A stretch of 64,000 nucleotides of DNA from an uncultured bacterium. GTDB lineage: Bacteria > Krumholzibacteriota > Krumholzibacteriia > Krumholzibacteriales > Krumholzibacteriaceae. Below, in pieces: positions 1 through 10,492 of the stretch. The first letter of the stretch is position 1; each line of letters opens with the position of its first letter. The notes below the pieces were generated by a model. It saw only the letters and a program-made list of their open reading frames with translations, was not told the origin of the DNA and made no database searches. The position numbers and the translations under genes were made by a program. Location: NCBI GenBank assembly GCA_963747385.1, contig CAVVEY010000014.1:6590-70589 (forward strand), written 5' to 3'.

Positions 1-216
1 TTCGCGACGGCTCTCCTGATACCAGGGACGCTGGGTGCGGCGACGCCGGGCGCGTGTTTCGACACGCCGTCCAGGATGGCGGACTCGCCGGCGCCGTTCT
101 CGTTTTCCATAGATCCGCATCCCGGTAGCGGGGAGATCCGCGGAGCATTCACGCCTGAAAACGACACGCAAGAAGAGAGCTGGGGTGCGATCGAGTCTCT
201 GTACAGGCAGGGTTAA
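1..216 (+). CDS. 3' end of a CDS (5' part outside window) whose product ends in the WGAI-x-SL-aromatic tail shared with the small secreted paralog family
   Basis: Frame 1 is open from base 1 to TAA 214-216. Translation ends ...AFTPENDTQEESWGAIESLYRQG*. The tail resembles ...TNWGAIKSLF* of 320-877, 1077-1640 and 14563-15180. Confidence 0.5.
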   Translation, partial: FATALLIPGTLGAATPGACFDTPSRMADSPAPFSFSIDPHPGSGEIRGAFTPENDTQEESWGAIESLYRQG

Positions 217-222
217 GGGCTT

Positions 223-257
223 GTGGCTGGATGGACGGAAACGTCTCATCCAGCCAC
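223..257 (+). terminator. Stable stem-loop after the partial CDS (GNRA-type GAAA loop, no clear U-tract)
   Basis: GTGGCTGGATGGACG-GAAA-CGTC(T)CATCCAGCCAC lies just downstream of the TAA at 214-216. Confidence 0.35.
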
Positions 258-319
258 CCTGAACCCGCAGAAGGTAGTTCGGTTTGGTGTTTCAAGTTGT
301 TAGAGAGGAGGCCACAATA

Positions 320-877
320 ATGAAGAAGGCGTTGCTAATTGCTGCTGCGGTTATGTTCGTAGCGACCTCGGCTTCCGCGGTTCTTCCGCCGATCGGTTAC
401 ATCGGTATTTTCGCTGATGCCGCGCATTCGGTGAATTCTGTTTGTCCGGCTGCGTACGCCGGGTTCCCGGCCTGGATCTATATTCTCCCGAGCGAGGACG
501 GCATGCAGGCGGCCGAGTGGGCCGTCAGCTTCCCGGCGACGGTCATTACGCTCGCTACCGTCCAGCATCCGAACATCACCGTCGCTCTCGGCACGCTCGC
601 CGGCGGCATCAGCGTCGCGTTCGGCGAGGGCCAGTGCAACATGGATTGGGTTTGGACGCATCAGCTTACCCTGATGTCGCTCGCGGCGAATGTCCCGGTC
701 AGGGTCGATATCATTCCGCACCCGGCGACCCTTCCGGTTCCGGCGTATCAGGCGGCGACCTGCGAGCTCGGTTACCCGATCCAGCCCCTCATCTACTTTA
801 CGCCCCTGTATCTCTGTCAGGAAGGTGCTCTGGGCGTTCAGGAGACGAACTGGGGAGCGATCAAGAGCTTGTTCTAA
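320..877 (+). CDS. Small secreted Cys-containing protein, WGAIKSLF-tail family, copy 1
   Basis: ATG at 320 is preceded by GAGGAGG. Signal peptide is MKKALLIAAAVMFVATSASA. The protein is collinear with the paralogs (VLPPIGYIGIF, MQAAEWAVSFPAT, CNMDWVWTHQL, ATCELGYP, LYLC) and ends QETNWGAIKSLF*. Confidence 0.85.
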   Translation: MKKALLIAAAVMFVATSASAVLPPIGYIGIFADAAHSVNSVCPAAYAGFPAWIYILPSEDGMQAAEWAVSFPATVITLATVQHPNITVALGTLAGGISVAFGEGQCNMDWVWTHQLTLMSLAANVPVRVDIIPHPATLPVPAYQAATCELGYPIQPLIYFTPLYLCQEGALGVQETNWGAIKSLF

Positions 878-934
878 AGCTGCGGCGCTACGGAGCGACC
901 CGATCGTTTCGGGGAAACTCGTAGCAGAGACTGG

Positions 935-968
935 AGGGGGTTCTCTGCAGAGCAGAGAACCCCCGTTT
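935..968 (+). terminator. Rho-independent terminator of paralog copy 1
   Basis: 13-bp perfect stem GGGGGTTCTCTGC / GCAGAGAACCCCC with a 3-nt loop, followed by GTTTT. Confidence 0.7.
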
Positions 969-1076
969 TAGAAAAGGGGGTGGTGGAGGCAAGAAGGGAC
1001 AGCAATTGCTCGGAAGAGTTGTGACGCATGACATCGAGCAGCAACGTGGGTTTGCTAGTTTGAGGAGGACAATCAG

Positions 1077-1640
1077 ATGAAGAAGGCGATTCTTCTAGCA
1101 GCGGCGATCATGTTCGTAGCCAGCTCCGTTTCCGCGGTTCTCCCGCCCGTCGGCTACATCGGCATTTTCAAGGACGGGACGCACAATACGTCTCCGGGCG
1201 CGAACGTCATTTGCCCGGCTCTGTACGGACAGTTCCAGGCCTGGATATGGATTCTCCCGCCCGCGACCGGCATGCAGGCAGCCGAGTGGGCCGTCAGCTT
1301 CCCGGCGACGACCGTAACGCTCGCCACCGTTCAGCACCCCTCCATCAGCGTCGCCCTCGGCACCCTCGCCGGTGGCATGAGCGTCGCGTTCGCTGAAGGC
1401 GCCTGCAATATGGATTGGGTTTGGACGCATCAGCTCACCATGATGACGCTGGCCGCGATCCCGACGAAGATCGAGATCATCAAGCACCCGACGACTCAGC
1501 CGCCGGCGTATCAGTTCGCGACCTGCGAGCTCGGTTACCCGATCGTGCCCGCGATCTATCTGACGCCCCTGTACCTCTGCATGGACGGTACCGTCGGCGT
1601 TCAGGAAACCAACTGGGGAGCGATCAAGAGCTTGTTCTAA
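1077..1640 (+). CDS. Small secreted Cys-containing protein, WGAIKSLF-tail family, copy 2
   Basis: ATG is preceded by GAGGAGG. Signal peptide is MKKAILLAAAIMFVASSVSA. There is high amino-acid and nucleotide identity to copy 1 (for example GGCATGCAGGC.GCCGAGTGGGCCGTCAGCTTCCCGGCGACG is shared). It ends QETNWGAIKSLF*. Confidence 0.85.
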   Translation: MKKAILLAAAIMFVASSVSAVLPPVGYIGIFKDGTHNTSPGANVICPALYGQFQAWIWILPPATGMQAAEWAVSFPATTVTLATVQHPSISVALGTLAGGMSVAFAEGACNMDWVWTHQLTMMTLAAIPTKIEIIKHPTTQPPAYQFATCELGYPIVPAIYLTPLYLCMDGTVGVQETNWGAIKSLF

Positions 1641-1674
1641 GTTCTCTCGCCGTACTCGGTGGTTAGTGTGAAAA

Positions 1675-1702
1675 CGATGGGGATCCCCGAGGATCCCCAT
1701 CG
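1675..1702 (+). other. Intergenic 12-bp stem-loop between paralog copies 2 and 3 (no U-tract)
   Basis: CGATGGGGATCC-CCGA-GGATCCCCATCG. Confidence 0.3.
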
Positions 1703-1739
1703 CCGTCAATGGGCGTCGCAATCGAGGCGGGCAGGCATC

Positions 1740-2324
1740 ATGAGACACACCATTCTTCTGGCAGCGGCGATCGTCGCGACTCTCGCGGGTTCGGCGGGCG
1801 CGAAGCTTCCCCCGCGGGGGAACATCTCGCTCTACGCCGACGGGGCCCGTTCGTACAGCGCCTACTGCGCGGTTCCCTGGGGCTTTTCCGTCGCGAAGGC
1901 CGAGGTCTGGGTGTGGTGCCAGCCGGGCGAAAACGGGCTTTGGGGCGTCGAATGCGCCGTCGCCTATCCGTCGAACGTGGTGGCCGACCGGGTGACGTAC
2001 AACGTCGACCTTGCAACGAGGCAGGGGAACCTGCTCGAGGGGATATCGGCCGCGTTCGGGACGTGTCAATGGGACTGGGCCTGGGTCGCGCATCAGACGC
2101 TGTACGTGACCTCGCTCGAGCAGACGTATCTCGAGGTCGCGGTCTATCCGGCGTCCGGGTTCTTCCGGTTCTTCACCTGCGGCGAGGGAAATCCGGCGGA
2201 GCCGTGTCTGAAAGGCACGAATCTCTACCTGAACGCCGCGGCTGCTCCGTGCCTTCCGCCCGAGACGGCCATCGGCGCCGGGAGCTCGACGTGGGGAGCG
2301 GTGAAGAATCTTTTCGGCACGTAG
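1740..2324 (+). CDS. Small secreted protein, divergent member of the WG-tail family, copy 3
   Basis: Internal ATG of ORF 1659-2324. Signal peptide is MRHTILLAAAIVATLAGSAGA. It shares KLPPRGNISLYADG, ECAVAYP, CQWDWAWVAHQ and FTCGEG with the other copies and ends SSTWGAVKNLFGT*. Confidence 0.75.
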   Translation: MRHTILLAAAIVATLAGSAGAKLPPRGNISLYADGARSYSAYCAVPWGFSVAKAEVWVWCQPGENGLWGVECAVAYPSNVVADRVTYNVDLATRQGNLLEGISAAFGTCQWDWAWVAHQTLYVTSLEQTYLEVAVYPASGFFRFFTCGEGNPAEPCLKGTNLYLNAAAAPCLPPETAIGAGSSTWGAVKNLFGT

Positions 2325-2484
2325 GGATCGGACGTCGCGCGGGCGGGCTGCACGTTCCGGTCCGGCCGTCGTTTTTCGCTTGTTTTTTGCCCTTCCGGGA
2401 AATAGCTTTCAGTAGCGGGTCATGGATACTGTGCTGCCCCTTGTTCCTCGGACGATACCACCCCTGGAGACGAGGTGAATCTCT

Positions 2485-5400
2485 TTGAGAAAGCCTGATC
2501 GAATTCGGCCTGTATGCCTTTTCGTGCCGGCCCTTCTCGTTCTCCTTGTTCTCGCGGGAGCGGCCGCGGCTCGCGAGGACGGAGCGCGCCTCGTTTCCTC
2601 CGCCGGCGGCTCCGTTACGTTCGAGGTGACGGTCCCCGGGGCGCGCATGGTTCCCGCGCCCGGAGGCGCGGTGAGGCTTGCAATAGACGGATACGGAACG
2701 TTTTCCCCGCCGGGCGCCGTCGAGCTCCCCGGCAGGACTTTTCGCGTCGCCATCCCGCAGTACGGCGAGCCCCGCGTCTCGGTGACGGTGATCGAGGAGG
2801 AGCGCCTCGGGCCTTTGAATCTCGTCCGCGTGCCGGGCGAACGGCTCGTCGAGGGTGAAAACGGCATACCGGTCACGGAACAGTACTATCCCCCCGATCC
2901 ATGGGCGAACGGCGGGGGCCTGCCGCTCTACGAGGCGCTCGGGGCGTCGTTCATGGGCCGCCAGAGGATTCTGCCGATCAGGATCAATCCGCTCGTCCTC
3001 GACGCCGGCGGCGCGCGGCTCGCCCGCAGGCTGTCGGTGACGGTGAGCTTCGGGACCGCGCTCGCGCCATCCGGGACCGACGCTCTCGTGCAAGCTCCCC
3101 TTGCGGGCGCGTGGAAGCGGCTCTATGACGAGCTCCTCGTCAACCCCGGCGACGCGGCGAAATTCCGGAAACCGCTCGACCGGACGCGCGCCTTCGCGGC
3201 GGCGGAGGCGGGGAAGAAGCTCAAGATCCGGATTCCCGAGACGGGCGTTTATTATATGCGCGCCGATTCTCTCATCGCCGCCGGGCTTTCGGCCGGGCTT
3301 GCGACGGGGGAGCTCGCGCTCAAGAAATACTACTACGACGAGACGAGACCCGATCTTCTGAGGACCGTCGACGTGCCGGTCTTCTTCGTCGAGGACGCGG
3401 GGACGGCGCCGGGCGTTTTCGACGGGAGCGATCTCGTCTATTTCTACGCGTTCGGGCTCAAGGACGACGCGGAGGCGCTCGATGCGAACGCTCTCTTCGC
3501 CGCCGACAACGTCCTCTGGCTCGAGGAAGAGGCCGCAGGATCGTCCATGCCCCTGATCCCCCCGGCTCCTCCGGGCGCGCTGGATACGCTCCGCCAGTTC
3601 GCCGCGACGATGAAATACCGCACGGACACCTGGTACATGAAGAACGCGGTTCCGGGGACGTTCGACTTCTATTACGCGAAGGGGCCGGTGGTAAGGGAAT
3701 CGGCGGTGCCGTTCGATCTGCCGTCTCCGGCGTCCACGGGGACCTTTTCGCTGACGTTTCGACTGCAGGGAAACGACCCGTTGAGCGTCACGCACACCGT
3801 TTCGTTCAGTGTCCGGAACTCCGCGGGGACGCGCACGCTCGGGACGGGCAGCTTCTATTCCAAGGAGGCGAGGAACTACACGTTCGCGGGGCTTTCCGCC
3901 TCCTGGCTCGTCGCCGGCCTGAACGAGCTCGTCATCACATGCGACGCGGACTACAAGTATCTCATCAACGATTTCACGATCGCGTACCCGGCGCTCTTCG
4001 TCGCGAGCGGCGACAGGCTCGAATTCGCGGTGAATCCGCTCTACGAGCCCGCCGCGATCGCCATTTCGGGCTTCTCCGCGAACAGCGGCTTTCTCGTCGA
4101 TATCACGAATCCCCGCAGCCCGTCGTATCGCGCGCTCGGCCCGTCGGATTTCGTCCCGGCCGGGGGCGGCTACCGGCTCGCGATCGACTTCGGCGAATCG
4201 TCGGCGACGCGCAGGTTCATCGCCTTCAGGGGCGCCGCCGCGACCCGTCTCGCGGTGCGCTCGGTCTCCGTCGACGCGCCGTCGCGTCTCCGCGAAACGG
4301 CCGGGGCGTACCAGTCGCTCGTCATCTCCCACGGGAATTTCATGACGCGCAGCGCCGAGTACGCCGCCTGGAGGAGGAGCCAGGGCTACCGCGTGCTCCT
4401 CGCGGACGTCGAAGACGTCTACGACGAATTCAACGGCGGGCTCCCGAACGCGAGCGCGATCAAACGCTATATCAAGTACGGGTTCGATCGTTGGGGCGTG
4501 GAGTACGTTCTCCTCGTGGGGGACGCGAGCGAGGATCACAAGCGGATCATCTACGGGCCGAATCCCGACCTGCAGGGATCCCCTCCCGATTATGTCCCCT
4601 CCTTCACCTACTCGACGAGCGTGAGCGGCACGTATGACGACGAGGTCATCTATTCCGATAGATACTATTCGTTTCTCGACGAGGCCGTTCCCGTCTTCTC
4701 GGGGATGGCCGGGGCATCCCTTCTTCCGGGCGGTTACCCTGACGTTTTCATCGGCAGGCTTCCCGTCGGAAGGGACGTGGAGCTTCGGGCCGTCATCAAC
4801 AAGATGAACCGCATGGAGACTCCGCAGCCCGACGACTGCATGGCGCCGCCGCGTCGTCCTCTTCTCCGACGACGCATGGTCCGGCCGCGGAAACGACTAC
4901 ATGTATCGATCGTACGAGTACGAGTTCGAGCGAAGCACCGACAGCTGCGCCGCGGCGGTGGAACGGGCGCTCCCCGGAGGATTCGACGTGCAGAGGCTCC
5001 ACCTTTCCCTGTATACCGATCCGATCCATCCCAACAGGACCGAGAGCGGCGCGGCGGTTCTGAGCAAAGCCACGACCGAGACGCGAAGGACCTTCACTCC
5101 GGCGCTGAACAAGGCGCTCAACCGGGGATGTCTCTGGTACATGTTCCAGGGGCACGGGAACCGGGCCGTTCTCACGACGGAGTCCGCCTACTCCCTCGGA
5201 TGGTATATGGATCCCGACAGCCTGCGGATCTACACGCCGTTCATATTCGTCGGCGTCGGCTGCCACATCAGCGATTTCGCCATCCAGGCGGAGTACAACA
5301 CGTTCGGCGAGACGGGGCCGTACGGCGATTGCATGAGCGAGCAGCTCCTCTTCAAGTCCGGAGCGGGCGCCGTCGCGACGTACGCGAGCGCCGGATTCGA

Positions 5401-6569
5401 GTATCTCTCCCAGAACGCCGTGCTCGTCGAGCGGCTGCACAGGGTCCTGTTTCAGGCGCTCCCCGCCGACTCGGTCGGGCCGCGCAACGAATACACCGGC
5501 GCCCACTGGGTATTCGGCGAGGCGATCGCGAAGGCGGAGATCGAGCAGATCGACAACACCTCGTACGGGACCGAGCAGGTGTTCCGGTATTGCGTCCTCG
5601 GCGATCCGATGCTCAAGATCGATCCGGGTCCCCCGCTCATGCGGCTCGAGGCCGATTCGGCGGGCGAATACCGCGTCGTGTCGAGCGGCGATACGATGAG
5701 GGCCCGCGACGGCGCGAACCTGATCAAGCTGCGCCTCACGGTGAGCGACATCGTGGCGATCGGGCGCGTTACATTGAGGGTGAACGGCGAGGACAGCACC
5801 GGCTCGCTGCGGATCGTTCCGCTCGTCGACGCCGACAAGACATTCGCCCGTTCGTACCGGGTCGACTACGACTATACGATCGACCCGAACGACGATATGC
5901 TGCTCTTCCAGGTGTTCTCGCCCGACGGCCGCGAGGTCGGCCGTTTCGAGATCCCGATCCTGACGAGCGTGCGGGCGTTCTACGGCGATTTCAGCTACGA
6001 GATCGGCGCCGGCGCCGAATCGCCTCCCTCCGGCACCTTCATCGTGACGGCCGATTTCCCCTCGTATCTCACGGAAGCGCCGGTGCTTTCCATCGACGGC
6101 GTCATCCAGGCGGGTATCGTCTTCACGGCGGGCGGTCCGGATCGGCCGCTGTACTGGAAGGCCGTGTTTCAAAGGACGCTCACGGGCGGGTTGCACGTAT
6201 TCACGTTGAACGCCGGGGATTTTTCCCGGAATATCTCGTTCAACGTCACGGGGAACGATCTCGTCGCGAGCGCCTTCAGCCTCCCCAATCCTTTCAGCAG
6301 GGAAACGAGCATCGTTTACAGCATCAACCTCGCCGTCGAATCGGTGACGATCGACATCTACAACGTGAGCGGCGTGCTGATCAGGAGCCTCAATCCGCCG
6401 CCCGGCAGGCTCGGACCCGCGAGCTTCGCCCGCCCTCACGCCGTCCTCTGGGACGGGCGCGACCTCGCCGGGGACCGCGTCGCGAACGGCACGTACATCT
6501 ACGTGATCCATATCAGCCGGCTCGGGGAAGACGATCGACATCAAGGGAAAGAGCGTCAAGCTCGAATAA
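2485..6569 (+). CDS. Peptidase C25 (gingipain-like) with FlgD-Ig / T9SS-type C-terminal domain; reading frame broken twice in this assembly
   Basis: TTG start after GAGGTG, then a signal peptide. C25 hallmarks are present: SLVISHGNF..., LLVGDASEDH, FIGRLPVG, then (after a shift near 4837) AWRRRVVLFSDDAWSG, FQGHGN and VGVGCHISDF (His/Cys dyad). The C-terminus reads LPNPFSRETSIVYSI...IYNVSGVLIRSL...WDGRDLAGDRVANGTYIYVIH. After a second shift near 6512 it reads SAGSGKTIDIKGKSVKLE*, with TAA at 6567-6569. Confidence 0.8.
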
Positions 6570-6682
6570 TATCGCTTTACCTTCGCGTGGAACCTTCCTT
6601 ACAATCGCCTCCCAGGGGACATCCGCGCCCGCCTGGGGCGCTCCCTGATTTCGAACCGGCCTCATCCCCGGGAGGTTCTGTT

Positions 6683-7396
6683 TTGAAGAAGCGTCTCGCG
6701 GCCCTCAAGAAGAAGGAAAAACGCCTCATTGTCGGGATCGAAACGGGGCCAACCCCCGGCAAGCTCGGGGCCGCTCTCGTCGAGGTTTCGGGGAGCGGAG
6801 ACGATACGGTTCTGTACCTGCGCGGCTTCACGAGCCGTTCCCTGGATCCGGAGCTTCTGGCGACGATCGGCGCCCTCGACCGGAACGAGAAATTCGATTC
6901 GGAGGAGCTTGCCGGCATCAATTTCCTCGTCCTCAGCCATCTCTCGAAGCTGTACGACGACGTGCTCGAGAACGCCGCCGTGAAACCGGAGGATGTGGAT
7001 TGCGTCGGGCTCAGCTGCCTGGAAGTCGGGGAGCTCGCGTTTCCGGGCGATCCGTCCGTATTCAGCGAGATGACGAATCACGTCGTGGCGAGCCGGTTCA
7101 GAATAGGCGTGGAGAACGGGGCGGGCTCATTCGTCGCCGTCGAAGAGGCCCTTCTTCAGGGCATCGTGGGCGAGATGATCGACCGGTTCGGCCTGGATGA
7201 AGAGGTCCGGGAGGCGGTCGCCGTCGCGCTCCTCGCGAACGAATCGATCTTCCACGAGGGCGTGAGCGTATGCGAAGGAAGCGCCGGCGCGAAGGGCAAG
7301 GGGCGCAAGACCCTGCGGGCGATAAAGCACACGGGCGCTTCGTCCGCCGCGGCCGGAAGGGCGTGTCTGTGCGGAGAGTTCTTCTTTCCGGGTTGA
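6683..7396 (+). CDS. Short divergent AnmK-like (anhydro-N-acetylmuramic acid kinase-like) or ASKHA-fold protein
   Basis: TTG start 7 nt after GGAGG. It sits in the tail of the chimeric ORF 4901-7396. RLIVGIETGPTPGKLGAALVEV resembles the AnmK N-terminus (GxMSGTSxDGxDxALV), and the C-terminal ...CLCGEFFFPG resembles the AnmK end. It is only about 237 aa. Confidence 0.45.
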   Translation: MKKRLAALKKKEKRLIVGIETGPTPGKLGAALVEVSGSGDDTVLYLRGFTSRSLDPELLATIGALDRNEKFDSEELAGINFLVLSHLSKLYDDVLENAAVKPEDVDCVGLSCLEVGELAFPGDPSVFSEMTNHVVASRFRIGVENGAGSFVAVEEALLQGIVGEMIDRFGLDEEVREAVAVALLANESIFHEGVSVCEGSAGAKGKGRKTLRAIKHTGASSAAAGRACLCGEFFFPG

Positions 7397-7400
7397 ATAT

Positions 7401-8774
7401 ATGAGAAGGTGCGATCGTCGGTCTCTCGCGGCCTTCTTTTTTTTCGCGCTCGTCCTCTCGGGGTGCGGAGAGAAGCGCATGACGATGGAAAGCCCTTCCG
7501 TCGAGGCCGCGCCTCCCCGGGAGGTGCATTCCGCCGAAGGGCAGTCCGCCCCGCCGCCGCAGGAGCTGCTCCCCGCGGAGGATCTGATGCCGCGGGCGGT
7601 CTTCCTCTCCGAAGCCCCTCACGTCAGGATTTTCATCCTCGAATCTCGGCAGCCGTTGCGCGTGCGGATCACGTCCGCCTTCCGCGTCGGCGTGGATACG
7701 AAGACCGAGCCGATTGCGGCTATGGAGCGAGGCGGGGATTTTTCCGTCAGGCTCTCGGGAGGGGAGGCTGTGCTCGCGGAGGGAAAGCGGAGGCTCATCT
7801 CCTCCGGATCGGTCTCCGTCGAGCCTGAAGCGGATGGGCGGGTCTATCTCGGCGGGAAACCCTACCGGGGGCTCGTATGCTTCAGGCCGTTCAAGGGCGG
7901 CCTGATCGCGATAAATATTCTCGATATCGACGAGTATATCAAAGGGGTTCTCCCCTCGGAGATCGGGTATCTCAAGCCCCACCAGTTCGAGGCCTATCGC
8001 GCACAGGCCATTGCATCCCGCACCTACGCGTTGAGCAAGCTCGAGGAGAAGAAGGCCGATATCTACGACCTCAACGCGACCGTCATGGATCAGGTCTACC
8101 GGGGAGCCGGCGCCGAGCACGACCTGGCCTCCCGGGCCGTCGACGAGACGCGCGGGCTCGTTTGCACGTTCCTCGGCGAGCCGATCAAGGCGTACTACTG
8201 CTCCTGCTGCGGCGGGCATACGGCCGATATCCGGATCGCCTGGCCCTGGAAGACCCCCTATCCCTATCTCCATGGCGTGAGGGACACCGTCCGCGAGACC
8301 TCCGGCGAATCGCTCTGCCGCGGTTCGAAGCACTTTCGGTGGCGCGTGCACTGGAGCGGTTCGGCCCTCTCCGGGATTCTCAAGCGGACCGTGCCGAAGG
8401 AGCTCAAGGTTCCCGTTCGAGGCGTGGGACGGCTCGTCGATATCAGAACGATCGGCACCGCGCCCGACGGCAGGACCGCCGGTATCGAGATCGTGACCGA
8501 CCGGGAAAGCTTCGAGGTCCGGGGGGACCGTGTCCGGTGGGTTCTGAATCCCGATCCCGCGTCGGAGGCAATACTCAAGAGCACCCTTTTCAAGATCGAG
8601 GTCTCGGTTTCGGGGGACCGCCTGACGGCCGTGGACATGATCGGGGGAGGGAACGGGCACGGCGTCGGGATGTGCCAGACGGGCGCCATCCGCATGGCCG
8701 AGCTCGGGTACTCCGGCGAGGACATTATCGCTCATTACTATCCGGGCTCGCGCGTCGAGCCCGTCTACAGGTAG
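7401..8774 (+). CDS. SpoIID/LytB domain lipoprotein (peptidoglycan lytic/amidase-enhancer family)
   Basis: Lipobox LVLSGC. Also DEYIKGVLPSEI, EAYRAQAIASRTYAL, VMDQVYRG and YYCSCCGGHTAD, which are typical of SpoIID. Confidence 0.85.
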   Translation: MRRCDRRSLAAFFFFALVLSGCGEKRMTMESPSVEAAPPREVHSAEGQSAPPPQELLPAEDLMPRAVFLSEAPHVRIFILESRQPLRVRITSAFRVGVDTKTEPIAAMERGGDFSVRLSGGEAVLAEGKRRLISSGSVSVEPEADGRVYLGGKPYRGLVCFRPFKGGLIAINILDIDEYIKGVLPSEIGYLKPHQFEAYRAQAIASRTYALSKLEEKKADIYDLNATVMDQVYRGAGAEHDLASRAVDETRGLVCTFLGEPIKAYYCSCCGGHTADIRIAWPWKTPYPYLHGVRDTVRETSGESLCRGSKHFRWRVHWSGSALSGILKRTVPKELKVPVRGVGRLVDIRTIGTAPDGRTAGIEIVTDRESFEVRGDRVRWVLNPDPASEAILKSTLFKIEVSVSGDRLTAVDMIGGGNGHGVGMCQTGAIRMAELGYSGEDIIAHYYPGSRVEPVYR

Positions 8775-8777
8775 GCG

Positions 8778-10338
8778 ATGGCCCGGGATTTTTTGCAGAG
8801 GCTCGCCCCGCATATGATCGTCGGGCTCGAGGGTCCCCGCCTCACCGACGACGAGAAGACGCTCCTCTCGAAATACGCCTTTCCCGGGATCATCCTTTTC
8901 GAGCGCAACGTCGCCGATTCGAGACAGCTCATGGAGCTCGTGCAGGGGATACGGAATATCTTCCGCAACTCGCACGGGACCGTGCCCCTTATCGCCGCGG
9001 ATCATGAGGGGGGCGTCGTATCCGTTCTCTCGCGGGCGATAGGAACTCCTCCCACGCAGATGGCCGCGGCGCGCGCGGGGGAGGCGCACCTCGTGGAGCG
9101 CCTGTTCGCCGAGAACGCGAGACGCATGCGCGCTTTCGGCGTCAACATGTTCCTCGGCCCGGTCGCCGACGTCAATTCCGATCCTTTGAATCCCGTCATC
9201 GGGACGAGGAGCTTCGGCGAGGCGACAGGGTTCGTTTCGTCGCTCGTTTCCGTCGCCGTCTCCGCGTCGAGGAGGGAGGGGGCGCTCACCTGCCTCAAGC
9301 ATTTCCCCGGCCATGGGCCTTCTCGCGTCGATTCTCACCTGGAGCTGCCGGTTCTCGGAGCGACTCTCGATCAGCTCAGGGAGAGAGACGTCCCCCCCTT
9401 TGCGAGCGGAATCGCCGCCGGGGCGGAGTCGGTGATGATCGGGCACATAGCGCCCCTCGGCCGCGCTCTTCCCGCGTCGCTCGATCCGGAGATCATCGGA
9501 GGATTGCTGCGCGGGGAGCTCGGCTTCGAGGGGGTCGTCATGACCGACGCTCTCGAGATGGAGGGGGTGAAGGGGGAAGGGACTCTTCTCGACATATGCG
9601 AGCGCGCCCTTGCGGCGGGCAACGATATTCTCCTTTTCTCGAAACCGGTCGCGAGCGTGGCGGGCGAGCTCGCTTCCCCCGGTGAAGCCGCCGAAGCGGA
9701 TGAGTTCCGCGGCGACGGCTTCGCGAGCGCGGAGGCGCTTTCGATCGCCCGAATCGAGAGACTCCTCGGCCTCGCCGGCGAAAGGGAGCGGGAATTCGAG
9801 CTCCCGGGCGATCCGGGCGTCTATCGCGAGATCGCCGAGAAATCGATTCTGGTCGCGTCAGGGCTCGATGGAGGCGCCGGCGGTCCGTTCCCCGGCGGGC
9901 AGGGGAAGGGTTTCAAAGCGATCTTCTGCTGCGAAAAAGGGGAGATCGATCGCTTTCCGACAAGGAATTTCGTCTTTCGCATCCTGCAGGGGTTGAAGGG
10001 CGGCGAAGGCGCGAAGAGCGAGGCTCAGGGGGCGATCTCGATCGGGCGCTACAGTCTGGAACGATACGAGGCGTTCCAGGCGCCGGCGCCTCATCTCGAG
10101 GCCTGGCTTTTTTCGTCGGAGAAATCAGACGCCGGCCCGGGACGCCGTGTTCCTGCTCAACAGGAGACCGCTTTCGGAGGACGCCGTGGCGAGGATGTGC
10201 TCGGGGGCGGGAATCGTCGTCGTCGCCGGATGGCCCTATGCCGCTCGTTTTGTCGGGAGCGGCCGGACGGTGATCACGACATTCGGTGTCTACGACGCCG
10301 CGGCGGACGCGGTATGCCGTTTGATAGGAGCGTATTGA
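8778..10338 (+). CDS. nagZ: Beta-N-acetylhexosaminidase NagZ (GH3), frame broken once near 10140
   Basis: AADHEGGVVSVL, GVNMFLGPVADV, KHFPGHG and VVMTDALEM match GH3. After ...SSEKSDAGP, the protein-like continuation DAVFLLNRRPLSEDAV...VCRLIGAY* is in frame +1 (ORF 10147-10338). The original frame becomes Arg-rich nonsense. Confidence 0.85.
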
Positions 10339-10362
10339 CGCCGCGAAGGCTCGAGAAACCGG

Positions 10363-10391
10363 TTGACACGAGGCGTTTTCTCTGGTATTTA
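10363..10391 (+). promoter_or_regulatory. Sigma70-like promoter upstream of tRNA-Asp
   Basis: TTGACA (10363-10368), 17-nt spacer, TATTTA (10386-10391), about 100 nt upstream of the tRNA. Confidence 0.4.
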
Positions 10392-10492
10392 TTGCTGGGC
10401 CGGCAGAAATGGTCGGCCGTTTTTGCTTCGAGCGTATTTTCAGGCCGGGCCGGATGCAGTGGCTCGGCAATTGCAGAAATAGGCTGTTCGGC

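Noticed and set aside
2173-4539. 788-aa ORF on the minus strand opposite the C25 peptidase gene.
   Set aside because: It is extremely Arg/Pro/Gly/Asp-rich with no motifs, and lies fully antisense to a gene with clear family signatures. This is a typical shadow ORF of GC-rich DNA.
7098-9446. 782-aa minus-strand ORF spanning the SpoIID and nagZ region.
   Set aside because: It has Arg/Gly/Pro-rich nonsense composition and is antisense to two well-supported genes.
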